DNA of 50,793 nt. Origin: Candidatus Gastranaerophilales bacterium (GTDB lineage Bacteria > Cyanobacteriota > Vampirovibrionia > Gastranaerophilales > Gastranaerophilaceae). The translations under genes were made by a program, and so were the position numbers. The stretch covers positions 1 through 50,793 of the forward strand of contig CALUQQ010000055.1 in assembly GCA_944322955.1 (NCBI GenBank), in the 5' to 3' direction. A model generated the notes under the pieces. It did not search any database. It worked only from the letters and a program-made list of their open reading frames with translations, and was not told the DNA's origin. Below, one piece after another: positions 36,087 to 45,017 of this stretch. Each line of letters begins with the position of its first letter. The stretch's first letter is position 1.

Positions 36087-37907
36087 AAACTTCCCTTCAA
36101 ACAAATCTGCGACCATATTAACCATGTCAGACCGCATTGAATGAAAATTCTGAGGCTTTTGTTCGGCTTCTTCTTTTATCACCTCAATTTCCTCAGGTGC
36201 CGGTAAATCATCGGCCGGCGGTTCAAAACTTTTAGGCGGTGGCGGCAATGACGCCGCTTTAGACTTTGGGACAGGAATTTTACCTTCCAAAGTTTTGTCA
36301 TCGGGCTGCGGCAGACGAACAACAATATTCGTATGATTGAACACAGTATTTACGGCATCAGCCAATACTTTTCGCTTATTACCTTCGACAAACTGTTTCA
36401 AAAGATTTTCACTATTAATACTTATCACAACCTTTTCTGGAGTTAACTCGACAGGATTCGCCCATTGTCTAAGCAAAGATTTAGTAGGCAGACTTGTAAT
36501 ATTATCAAGTAATGTACCCCACAGAGTCGCAATATCAGTAGATTTATCAATACTTTGAGCTTTCGGCATAGGAGAAAAATCTTCTGAGTTTTCATGCGTT
36601 ATTTGTTTTTCCTCAGGCTGATGAGTGACAGTTATTTCTTCTTTTTCGATTTTTTCGGGTTTAAATTCTTTTTTAATCACGGATTTAGCAGAAATTTCCG
36701 GCTTTGTAACCGGTGCCTGCGCGGTATTATAAACAGAGGTCTTGGGCGTGTACCCCGCTTCAAGTTCAGTCAGCCTTTTTTGCAGATCCTCAAGCTTAGT
36801 ATTTTCTGTCAAATTTGCAAGATCAATAATCCCTACTTCAAGCCACAATCTCGGATTATTTGTCAATTTAATTTCCTTTATATACTCAGCACATTTGTCA
36901 ACAAGCGACATGATTTGCTGGGTTTCAATTTTTGAAGACTGCACTTTCAACGCACCAAGCTGCGCTTCATTCAACTGAGTAAGTTCAAAAATAATATCCT
37001 CACGGCAATTTTTTACAATCAAAAGATTTTTCAAATAATCCAGCAGATTAGACAAAATCTGGACCGGCTCATTCCCGGAATTGTAGATGTTTTCAAGCAT
37101 TTCAAGCGCCGATTGCGGATTTGAAGCCACAAGAGCATCCGAAAGTTTATTCAAAACATCAAATGAAATTCTTCCGAGCAGCTGATTAATATCATCGGTT
37201 GTAATCGCATCTTTGCCGCCCAGAATACTCAATTGATCCAATAACGCAATACTGTCGCGCATTCCGCCGGCCGAATTTTTGGCAATCGTAAATAAAGCCT
37301 CATCAGTTATATTAATTTTTTCATTGTCAGAGATATATCTCAAATGTTTTACAATATCATCAGTTGTAATTCTTCTGAAATCAAACCTCTGACAGCGGCT
37401 CTTTATGGTGTCAAGGACTTTATGAACTTCTGTTGTAGCAAGTATAAAAATAACGTTTTCCGGCGGTTCTTCAAGTGTTTTCAACAAAGAATTAAACGCC
37501 GTATTTGATAACATATGGACTTCATCAATAATATAGATTTTGTATTTGCCGTAAACCGGTGCATAGAGAATTTTTTCTAAAATATTTTGAGTATCCTCAA
37601 CTTTTCTGTTGCTTGCGGCATCAATTTCAATAACATCCATAGGAACAGCATTTGTAATATCCACACAACTCTCACACACACCGCAAGGGTTAATAGTAGG
37701 GCCGTTCTTACAGTTCAAAGATTTTGCAAAAATTCTGGCAGTAGATGTTTTCCCGGTGCCTCTGGGACCTGTAAACAAATACGCGTGCGAAATTTTGTTA
37801 AGCTCAATCGCATTTGTCAAAGCATTTTTAATATGATCCTGCCCCACAAGCTCATCCAGCTTTTGCGGGCGATATTTGCGATATAACGGTATATATTTAT
37901 CATTCAT
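36078..37907 (-). CDS. dnaX: DNA polymerase III gamma/tau subunit
   Basis: YRKYRPQKLDELVGQ, GPRGTGKTS, zinc module CGVCESC, IIDEVHML. Start moved to the ATG at 37907. Confidence 0.95.
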   Translation of the reverse strand: MNDKYIPLYRKYRPQKLDELVGQDHIKNALTNAIELNKISHAYLFTGPRGTGKTSTARIFAKSLNCKNGPTINPCGVCESCVDITNAVPMDVIEIDAASNRKVEDTQNILEKILYAPVYGKYKIYIIDEVHMLSNTAFNSLLKTLEEPPENVIFILATTEVHKVLDTIKSRCQRFDFRRITTDDIVKHLRYISDNEKINITDEALFTIAKNSAGGMRDSIALLDQLSILGGKDAITTDDINQLLGRISFDVLNKLSDALVASNPQSALEMLENIYNSGNEPVQILSNLLDYLKNLLIVKNCREDIIFELTQLNEAQLGALKVQSSKIETQQIMSLVDKCAEYIKEIKLTNNPRLWLEVGIIDLANLTENTKLEDLQKRLTELEAGYTPKTSVYNTAQAPVTKPEISAKSVIKKEFKPEKIEKEEITVTHQPEEKQITHENSEDFSPMPKAQSIDKSTDIATLWGTLLDNITSLPTKSLLRQWANPVELTPEKVVISINSENLLKQFVEGNKRKVLADAVNTVFNHTNIVVRLPQPDDKTLEGKIPVPKSKAASLPPPPKSFEPPADDLPAPEEIEVIKEEAEQKPQNFHSMRSDMVNMVADLFEGKFLD

Positions 37908-37913
37908 GATATA

Positions 37914-37922
37914 ATTATAGCA
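37914..37922 (-). promoter_or_regulatory. Extended -10 (TGcTATAAT) 6 nt upstream of the dnaX ATG
   Basis: Read directly from the minus strand; no SD. Confidence 0.5.
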
Positions 37923-37949
37923 AAACATAGCCAAAAAGGACAATAATTT

Positions 37950-38843
37950 ATGAACTTAATTAAACCTGAAAAATTAAAAAAAGGCGACACAATCGGAATT
38001 CTTGCGACATCAGGCGCGTCAGAGGATAACGAAAGTCTTTTACGTGCGCAAAAATTCTTTGAGGAACACGGCTATAATGTTATTTTTAGCGATAATGCGC
38101 TTGATGAATTTCACGGAATGGCAGGAAAAGACGAAAAAAGGCTTGACGAACTTCATAAATTTTTCCAAAAACCCGAAATCAAGGCCATAATCTGCATGCG
38201 CGGCGGCTATGGCGCAATCAGGCTTATCAAAAAAATTAATTACGATTTAATCCGGCAAAATCCAAAGATTTTTTGCGGGTATTCGGACATTACGGCTCTT
38301 TGTGCAATGTTTTTGAAAAATTCAAACCTGATAACGTATCACGGCCCAATGGCAGCAGGGGATTTCGGACGTGAAGTTCCTGATGAATTTACTATGAATT
38401 CATTTTTTAAAACTCTTACATCCAATCAATTAACTTACAAAGCCGACACTGCCAAAATATACAACACAGGCAGCGCTGAGGGGATTTTGTGGGGAGGAAA
38501 TCTTGCGACTATTGTATCTCTTTGCGGTCAGAATTTTATACCTGATGAAAATTTTATCTTTTTTGCTGAAGATATAAAAGAACAGGCATACAAAATCGAC
38601 AAAATGATGACTCAATTAATAAATATTGATAAATTTACTAAAAATATAAAAGGCATGGTTTTAGGTGATTTTCTGGATACAGACATGCCTGCCCGGCTTG
38701 ATGAACTATTTGAAGAAATAGGCAAAAGACTGAATATTCCTGTCATCGGCGGGTTAAAAATCACGCATGCGACGCAAAAACTAACACTTCCTTACGGAGG
38801 TTATGCAAAAATTTCCGACAAATGTCTACATATTGAATATTGA
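37950..38843 (+). CDS. ldcA: LD-carboxypeptidase (peptidase S66)
   Basis: GDTIGILATSG..., GYSDITAL nucleophile motif; 297 aa. Confidence 0.88.
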   Translation: MNLIKPEKLKKGDTIGILATSGASEDNESLLRAQKFFEEHGYNVIFSDNALDEFHGMAGKDEKRLDELHKFFQKPEIKAIICMRGGYGAIRLIKKINYDLIRQNPKIFCGYSDITALCAMFLKNSNLITYHGPMAAGDFGREVPDEFTMNSFFKTLTSNQLTYKADTAKIYNTGSAEGILWGGNLATIVSLCGQNFIPDENFIFFAEDIKEQAYKIDKMMTQLINIDKFTKNIKGMVLGDFLDTDMPARLDELFEEIGKRLNIPVIGGLKITHATQKLTLPYGGYAKISDKCLHIEY

Positions 38844-38889
38844 CCACGTATAAATAATATGATAAACTTTATAAAAAAGGAGAGTTGTT

Positions 38890-39309
38890 ATGGCTGCATG
38901 GCATGTTATGGCTGCATTAGGGTTATTATTTATAATACTTGAGATGACAGTTCCTGCGATGTTTTTTCTTAACTTTGCGGTCGGAGCTTTTATTGCGTCG
39001 GTATGCGCAATCTATATTACGAACTGGTACACGCTTATAATAATCTTTGTAGCGGTGTCATTGCTTTCTTTACTGTTTTTGCGGCCGCTTCTTGTCAAAA
39101 AAACACAAAAAAATCAAGAAACAGGACTTGCAGCAAAATACATTGGAAAAACCGCAAAAGTCATTGAAACAGTAACTCCCGAAAGCGGCGTCATTTCGCT
39201 CTATGACGAAAGATGGGAAGCACGTTCTGACCACGAAATTCCGGAAGGTAAAGAAGTTATCATTGAAAAAAATGAAAGTTTAATAATGTACGTTAAAGAA
39301 AGGGAATAA
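38890..39309 (+). CDS. NfeD-family membrane protein
   Basis: TM N-terminus plus an OB-like C-terminus (G..A.V......G.I......W.A); lies upstream of the SPFH gene. Confidence 0.8.
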   Translation: MAAWHVMAALGLLFIILEMTVPAMFFLNFAVGAFIASVCAIYITNWYTLIIIFVAVSLLSLLFLRPLLVKKTQKNQETGLAAKYIGKTAKVIETVTPESGVISLYDERWEARSDHEIPEGKEVIIEKNESLIMYVKERE

Positions 39310-39310
39310 A

Positions 39311-40291
39311 ATGAGTTTATTTTTATTAATCTTAGTCATTGCAGCAGTAATATTTATTATAAAAGGCGTAATAATTGTTCAGCAGGCAGAAGTCGTGATA
39401 GTTGAACGATTAGGTAAATACGACAGAACACTTGAATCAGGTCTGAATTACATAATTCCTATTTTGGAAGCTCCAAGAGGCATATCCTGGAAAGTCACAC
39501 AAAGAGGACTTGACGGTTCAACATATTCTTATATAAAAGAGCGTTCTAAAATCGACTTAAGAGAATCGGTTTATGATTTTCCAAGACAAACAGTAATCAC
39601 CAAAGATAATGTATCCATAAGTATTAATGCGCTTTTATATTTCCAGATTATTGACCCGAAAAGCGCCGTCTACGAAATCCAAAATCTTCCTGACGCGATA
39701 GAAAAATTAACCCAGACCACCCTGAGAAACCTCGTCGGTCAGCTGGATTTGGACGAAACACTTGTATCGCGCGACAAAATCAACAACGAATTGCGCGCCA
39801 TACTTGACGAGGCAACAAATAAATGGGGTGTAAAGGTTAACCGCGTTGAACTTCAAGACATTATTCCTCCGTCGGACATTCAATCCGCAATGGAAAAACA
39901 AATGAAAGCCGAACGCGACCGCCGTGCTGCGATTTTGGAAGCTGAAGGGCAGAAAAAATCAGCAATTCTTAAAGCAGAAGGTCAAAAAGAAGCCGCAATC
40001 AATCAAGCTGAAGGTGAAAAGCAGGCAGCTATTTTAAAAGCCGAAGGTATTGCACAGGCAAGAGTTATTGAAGCTGATGCAGAAAAAGAAGCTATCGGAC
40101 GTATTATCGCGGCACTCGCAGACAAAGGAAAGCCCGATCAATATCTGGTTGCGATGAAATATTTGGAAACAATGCAGGCAATAACAAGCGGCGAAAATAA
40201 CAAAATCGTCTATATGCCTTATGAAGCAACAGGAATCCTCTCCTCCGTTGACGGCATTAAAGAAATGTTCAAAGGCACAGCAGGTAAATAG
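39311..40291 (+). CDS. SPFH/band-7 (stomatin-like) protein
   Basis: VIVERLGKY, TKDNV, RAAILEAEG-repeat coiled coil. Confidence 0.9.
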   Translation: MSLFLLILVIAAVIFIIKGVIIVQQAEVVIVERLGKYDRTLESGLNYIIPILEAPRGISWKVTQRGLDGSTYSYIKERSKIDLRESVYDFPRQTVITKDNVSISINALLYFQIIDPKSAVYEIQNLPDAIEKLTQTTLRNLVGQLDLDETLVSRDKINNELRAILDEATNKWGVKVNRVELQDIIPPSDIQSAMEKQMKAERDRRAAILEAEGQKKSAILKAEGQKEAAINQAEGEKQAAILKAEGIAQARVIEADAEKEAIGRIIAALADKGKPDQYLVAMKYLETMQAITSGENNKIVYMPYEATGILSSVDGIKEMFKGTAGK

Positions 40292-40324
40292 AAAAATCCC
40301 TCGCCAATGCGCGAGGGATTTTTC
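40292..40324 (+). terminator. Rho-independent terminator
   Basis: AATCCCTCGC-caatgc-GCGAGGGATT followed by a T-run. Confidence 0.85.
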
Positions 40325-40543
40325 TGTAAAAGTTCACTAATAACTTGTACGCCATAGAGGCGTGAAAACTCGCTATACGTCATCCCGCACTTATTGCAGG
40401 CTTCTAAATACATTTACCACTCAGACAATACACGCCTATGAAGTTTATTTCGGCTGCAGCTATTATTCGCTATTGCGGATTATTTCTGTCTAACACTCCG
40501 CGCCGTGATTATAAACGGTAAAAATTTTAGCGAATACACCGCT

Positions 40544-40609
40544 GAATTTCTAACACTCGCAAAGCTCGTGTGAAATTTTTTCCCCGTCCTCAAGGGGTGG
40601 GGAAATAGC
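40544..40609. repeat. REP/MITE-like double-hairpin module (copy 2)
   Basis: gaatttctaacactcgcaaagctcgtgtgaaatt...ccccgtcctcaaggggtgggg aligns with the reverse complement of 29521-29602. Confidence 0.65.
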
Positions 40610-40622
40610 TTATAGGTCGGCA

Positions 40623-40672
40623 TTTACTATGCTGACAGTAAATTCTTAGTGCCTATAATATCTTAATAACTT
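40623..40672 (-). repeat. Copy C (partial; 8-nt-unit segment only, one unit deleted)
   Basis: tttactatgctgacagtaaattcttagtgcctataatatcttaataactt aligns with 24-80 and 29686-29742. Confidence 0.7.
40632..40659 (+). promoter_or_regulatory. Candidate aspS promoter CTGACA-16-TATAAT, formed inside repeat copy C
   Basis: Hexamers read directly, 87 nt upstream of the aspS ATG. Confidence 0.45.
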
Positions 40673-40745
40673 TTAATTAAATCTGGTGTTTTTTTTATGT
40701 TTTTGATAGAATTTGAGATAGAGATTTACTAGAAGAGGTATTATA

Positions 40746-42527
40746 ATGATTAAAACAAGAATGAAAGACCACAATTGCGGGGAGCTTAACCTCAATAATA
40801 TTGGTGAAGAAATTACTTTATCCGGCTGGGTTTCAACAATTCGCGACCTTGGCGGAATTTTGTTTATTGAATTGCGCGACCGCTCAGGATTTTTCCAACT
40901 GGTAGCAAACCCACAGATTAACCCCGATGTCCACAAAATTTTTGAAAAAGTCAGAAGCGAATACGTTATAACAGTTAAAGGCAAAGTAACCAAACGTCCT
41001 GAAGAAACTTATAACGAAAAATATCCAACCGGTCAGGTTGAAATGTATCCTGAATCAATTGAAATTCTTTCGGAAGCCAAAACATTGCCTTTTGTTCTTG
41101 ATGATGAAAATGTTTCGGAAGATGTCCGTTTAAAATACAGATATCTTGATATAAGACGCGATTCAATGAAATCTAAACTTGTTTTGCGCCACAATATAGT
41201 TCAGGCTGTTAGAAACTATCTCAATAACTTGGACTTTTTAGAAGTTGAAACACCTATCTTAATTAAAACCACTCCGGAAGGCGCAAGAGATTATCTGGTT
41301 CCTTCAAGAGTTCAAGAAGGCAAATTCTATGCGCTTCCGCAATCGCCTCAAATTTTCAAACAATTATTGATGGTTGGCGGTATTGAAAGATATTACCAGA
41401 TTGCAAAATGTTTCCGCGACGAAGACCTTCGTGCTGACAGACAGCCGGAATTCACACAAATTGACCTTGAAATGTCTTTTGTCGAACAGCAGGATGTCAT
41501 AAAAGTCGTTGAAGGACTTCTTGTTGACGCGTTTAAAGCCGCCGGCGTTGAAATCAAACCTCCGTTTATCCAAATTTCATGGCAGGAAGCTATGGACCGG
41601 TTCGGTTCCGATAAACCAGATACCCGCTTTGGTTTAGAATTATTTGATATCGGAGATATTATTTTGAAATCTAACTTTGATATCGTTAAAAATACCTTGT
41701 TAAACGGCGGTATTGTAAGAGGTATAAGAATTCCGGGCGGTGCTAAATTCTCAAGGAAAGATATTGATGATATCACAAAACTTGCCGTATCTTTTGGCGC
41801 AAAAGCACTTGCCAATATTATTTACCTTGAAGACGGAACTGCCAAATCTCCCGTTTTGAAATTTGTAACCGATGAACAGGCCAAACAAATTCAAACCAGA
41901 GCAGGTGCACAAGCTGGGGATATTATCTTCTTTGTCGCCGACAAACCCAAACTCGTATATGATATTATGGGCAGATTAAGATTACACTTCGGTAAAACTC
42001 TTAACCTGATTGACGATTCCCAACATAACCTTCTATGGATTGTAGATTTTCCGATGTTTGAATGGAGTGATGAAGAAAATCGTTATATGGCAATGCACCA
42101 CCCGTTTACATCACCGTGTATTGATGATTTAGACAAACTTGAAAGCGGCGATTTAGGAAACGTCAAGTCAATTGCCTATGATATAGTTTACAACGGAACG
42201 GAACTCGGCGGCGGCAGTGTGAGAATTCACTCTTCCGAAGTGCAAAAAGCTATATTCAAAGCATTAGGTCTGACTGAAGATGAAGCAAAAGAAAAATTCG
42301 GCTTTATGGTTAATGCGCTCCAATACGGTACACCGCCGCATGCCGGACTTGCAATAGGCCTGGACAGACTTGTTGCACTTCTTGCAAGAACAGATTCTAT
42401 ACGCGATGTAATTGCTTTCCCGAAAAATTCAGGAGCAAAAGACCTTATGAGCGACGCACCTGGTGAGGCCTCACTTCAACAGTTAAGAGAATTGCATCTG
42501 AAAAGTACGGTTCAGTTACACAAATAA
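40746..42527 (+). CDS. aspS: Aspartyl-tRNA synthetase
   Basis: OB-fold N-terminus; class II motifs FRDEDLRADRQPEFTQID and GGGSVRIH...GLAIGLDR. Confidence 0.96.
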   Translation: MIKTRMKDHNCGELNLNNIGEEITLSGWVSTIRDLGGILFIELRDRSGFFQLVANPQINPDVHKIFEKVRSEYVITVKGKVTKRPEETYNEKYPTGQVEMYPESIEILSEAKTLPFVLDDENVSEDVRLKYRYLDIRRDSMKSKLVLRHNIVQAVRNYLNNLDFLEVETPILIKTTPEGARDYLVPSRVQEGKFYALPQSPQIFKQLLMVGGIERYYQIAKCFRDEDLRADRQPEFTQIDLEMSFVEQQDVIKVVEGLLVDAFKAAGVEIKPPFIQISWQEAMDRFGSDKPDTRFGLELFDIGDIILKSNFDIVKNTLLNGGIVRGIRIPGGAKFSRKDIDDITKLAVSFGAKALANIIYLEDGTAKSPVLKFVTDEQAKQIQTRAGAQAGDIIFFVADKPKLVYDIMGRLRLHFGKTLNLIDDSQHNLLWIVDFPMFEWSDEENRYMAMHHPFTSPCIDDLDKLESGDLGNVKSIAYDIVYNGTELGGGSVRIHSSEVQKAIFKALGLTEDEAKEKFGFMVNALQYGTPPHAGLAIGLDRLVALLARTDSIRDVIAFPKNSGAKDLMSDAPGEASLQQLRELHLKSTVQLHK

Positions 42528-42552
42528 AAAGAGCCTCAAGGCTCTTTTTTTT
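42526..42552. terminator. Bidirectional rho-independent terminator
   Basis: AGAGCC-tcaa-GGCTCT flanked by an A-run and a T-run, between convergent genes. Confidence 0.8.
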
Positions 42553-42886
42553 ATGCAAGATAACCGAGCTTACGCTGCAATTTCGGATTGGCCAATTTTG
42601 TATTATAACGTTTAAGTGCAGTTCGCATAAATTCTTGACGCAAACCTTCAAAACCGTCATCCATAATCAAACCGTTATAACGACCATTTAAAAACGTTAC
42701 CAAACCTGAAATTTCACGTCCGTCATCAAGCTTTGTTTCAACCCTCATAATATTAGGCGATTCAAACATTTCCATAGGCGTTTTTTTATAAATATAATTC
42801 ATCATTGCAGAAAATCTTCCGGGCAGATGACATCCAAATGCAGGCTGCCTGTTTCCTCCCAAAGACACCGGTTGTACTGTTAACAT
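42551..42886 (-). CDS. Hypothetical protein (111 aa)
   Basis: AAAGGAG SD before the ATG; no recognisable motif. Confidence 0.5.
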   Translation of the reverse strand: MLTVQPVSLGGNRQPAFGCHLPGRFSAMMNYIYKKTPMEMFESPNIMRVETKLDDGREISGLVTFLNGRYNGLIMDDGFEGLRQEFMRTALKRYNTKLANPKLQRKLGYLA

Positions 42887-42988
42887 TGTATACTCCTTTT
42901 AATATATCTATAAATATATCCCAACCAAATAAAATTTAGGATAAAATGTAAAGACATTGTAACGTTTTATTTGTATTATAATGAATTT

Positions 42989-43870
42989 ATGCAGGTATTT
43001 TACGAATTAACCGAAAATAAAAATTTATCACTTGCTCTCGGATACTTTGACGGAGTACATTTAGGACATCAAGAAGTCATAAAATCAGCAGTGGACTACG
43101 CACGCAAAAACAAGACAAAATCTGCAGTAATAACCTTTAAAGACCATCCGTGCTGCTATTTTTACAGAGTTTGTCCTAAATATATTCTATCAAGGCAACA
43201 ACGTGAGGAGGAAATTGCTAAACTTGGGGTTGATTTTTTGTATGAATTGGATTTTGACGAAACACTTGCAGAATTATCTGCTGAAGAATATTTGAAAAAC
43301 ATACTTATAAAATATTTTTCACCTGTTGCTATATCTACAGGATTTAACCATCATTTCGGCGTCCGCAAATCAGGCAACGCAGAATTTTTAAGGCAGCATC
43401 AGAACGGTTTTAAATACTTTGAAATTCCTCCACAAAAAATGAGTAATGAAATCATAAGCAGCACAGCCATAAGAAATTATCTGAATAAAGGAGAAATTCC
43501 AAAAGCAAACGAAATGTTAGGGAAAAATTTTTTAATTACCGGTAAAGTTATCGAAGGTCAAAAACTCGGAAGGAAACTCGGATTCAAAACCGCGAACTTA
43601 ATTTATCCGGCAGAAATTGTGAATATACCTTTCGGGGTTTATGAGGTTAAAACGCCATACGGCAAAGGCATAACAAATTTTGGCACTAGGCCGACAATCA
43701 GCAGCACGAAAAAAGCTGTTTTAGAAACTCATATTTTAGACTTTGACAAAAATATTTACGGTGAAGAAATAAGGGTTGAATTTTTGAATATGCTGCGCGC
43801 AGAACAAAAATTCAACTCCGTTGATGAATTAAAAAAACAGATATCACAGGATATTTCTAAAATTTTATAG
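42989..43870 (+). CDS. ribF: Bifunctional riboflavin kinase / FAD synthetase
   Basis: LGYFDGVHLGHQ and GFKTANL...G.Y motifs. The ATG at 42989 is preceded by TATAAT at 6 nt. Confidence 0.92.
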   Translation: MQVFYELTENKNLSLALGYFDGVHLGHQEVIKSAVDYARKNKTKSAVITFKDHPCCYFYRVCPKYILSRQQREEEIAKLGVDFLYELDFDETLAELSAEEYLKNILIKYFSPVAISTGFNHHFGVRKSGNAEFLRQHQNGFKYFEIPPQKMSNEIISSTAIRNYLNKGEIPKANEMLGKNFLITGKVIEGQKLGRKLGFKTANLIYPAEIVNIPFGVYEVKTPYGKGITNFGTRPTISSTKKAVLETHILDFDKNIYGEEIRVEFLNMLRAEQKFNSVDELKKQISQDISKIL

Positions 43871-44018
43871 GATATCCGGAATTTTTCCAGCTGTTACCTT
43901 CAATCCTCGAAATACGCTCAAGCCTCATACTGTCCTCAATATTGGAATTTTTTACAAGCACCTATGTTGTAATGAATACGCTACAAGACGTTAAAACAAT
44001 ATCACATCAAATTCCAGA

Positions 44019-44074
44019 CTATGCGCGGTTAAAAGAATTTTTTCAACGTTTTTTATTTAGTTGCTTTTCATCAT
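44019..44074 (-). repeat. Copy D: degenerate relic of the cassette start (box without G tract, in-frame TAA)
   Basis: ctatgcgcggttaaaag...caacgtt...ttttcat aligns with 109-166. Confidence 0.6.
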
Positions 44075-44109
44075 AATCCACGTTATGAATTTGTTATTAT
44101 ACTTTATTT

Positions 44110-44138
44110 TTGATATTTATGAAAGGGCATGCTATAAT
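44110..44138 (+). promoter_or_regulatory. Near-consensus promoter TTGATA-17-(TGc)TATAAT ending 6 nt before the ATG at 44145
   Basis: Read directly. Confidence 0.6.
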
Positions 44139-44144
44139 AGACTT

Positions 44145-45017
44145 ATGTTTAAATATTACGGTAAATATGCACCTTACTTATTTTTGCTGCCTGCCGGAGT
44201 GCTGCTTACGGTTTATTTTTTTATACCGTTTTTTCAAACAATAATTTTAAGCTTGCAGGATTATACAAACAGCATTTATTCACCGGCATTTACAGGGCTT
44301 CAAAATTATACTGAACTTTTTCACAATCCCGTATTTTATAAAGTTCTTTTAAACACTTTTATCTATTTGATTGTAGCAGTTCCAATACTTGCAATAGTGC
44401 CTCTTTTTCTGGCCGTATTATTAAACCAGAAAATACGAGGGATTACGCTATACAAAATACTTATTTATCTGCCGGTAATAGTGTCAATTGTAGTTGCAGC
44501 AATAGCATTCAAATGGTTGTACGCAGAACAGGGAATACTAAATTATATAGTAACCGCACTGGGATTTAACTCAATCGGCTGGCTGACAGATCCAAAATGG
44601 TCGCTGTATTCGGTAATCATAGTAACTATATGGAAAGGTATTGGTTATTATATGATGATATACCTTGCAGCGCTTATGAGTGTGCCGAAAGAATTATACG
44701 AAGCCTGTGATATTGACGGCGCAAATTTTTTAACTAAACATTTGACGGTTACAGTTCCGCAAATCTTGCCGACTATTGCACTAGTTGTCACAATAAGTTC
44801 AATTTCTGCCATGAAAGTTTTTGCAGAAATTTACGTAATGACAAAAGGCGGCCCGCTGAATTCCAGCAAAACAATTGTATATTATATTTACGAACGCGCG
44901 TTTGAGAATCTTGATCTTGGATTTGCCTCAGCAATGGCAGTTGTGCTATTGGGAATTGTTATGGTATTTTCACTTATAAATATCCTGTGTTTTGAAAGGA
45001 AAAAATATCAGTTATGA
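44145..45017 (+). CDS. Carbohydrate-type ABC transporter permease (MalF/UgpA-like)
   Basis: YLFLLPAGVLL N-terminus and the EAA-loop region EACDIDGANFLTKHLTVTVPQILP. Start moved to 44145. Confidence 0.88.
   Translation: MFKYYGKYAPYLFLLPAGVLLTVYFFIPFFQTIILSLQDYTNSIYSPAFTGLQNYTELFHNPVFYKVLLNTFIYLIVAVPILAIVPLFLAVLLNQKIRGITLYKILIYLPVIVSIVVAAIAFKWLYAEQGILNYIVTALGFNSIGWLTDPKWSLYSVIIVTIWKGIGYYMMIYLAALMSVPKELYEACDIDGANFLTKHLTVTVPQILPTIALVVTISSISAMKVFAEIYVMTKGGPLNSSKTIVYYIYERAFENLDLGFASAMAVVLLGIVMVFSLINILCFERKKYQL

Noticed and set aside
36668-36674. AAAAAAG in dnaX as an E. coli-style -1 frameshift site for a gamma subunit
   Set aside because: The zero frame reads ATT AAA AAA GAA, so the heptamer is not in the A-AAA-AAG register. 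I saw no obvious downstream hairpin. Slippage cannot be fully excluded.
39900-40080. Repetitive AILEAEGQKK / AILKAEGQKE / AINQAEGEKQ segment in the SPFH gene
   Set aside because: This is the normal coiled-coil heptad-like region of stomatin/HflK-type proteins, not a DNA-level repeat element.
40325-40745. T-box leader upstream of aspS
   Set aside because: No T-box consensus (..GGTGGTACCGCG-like) or specifier-loop architecture is visible. The region is explained by dispersed repeats.
40673-41815. Antisense ORFs (40673-40993, 41393-41815) overlapping aspS and its leader
   Set aside because: Shadow ORFs of a strongly supported aspS frame; no start signals and no recognisable motifs.
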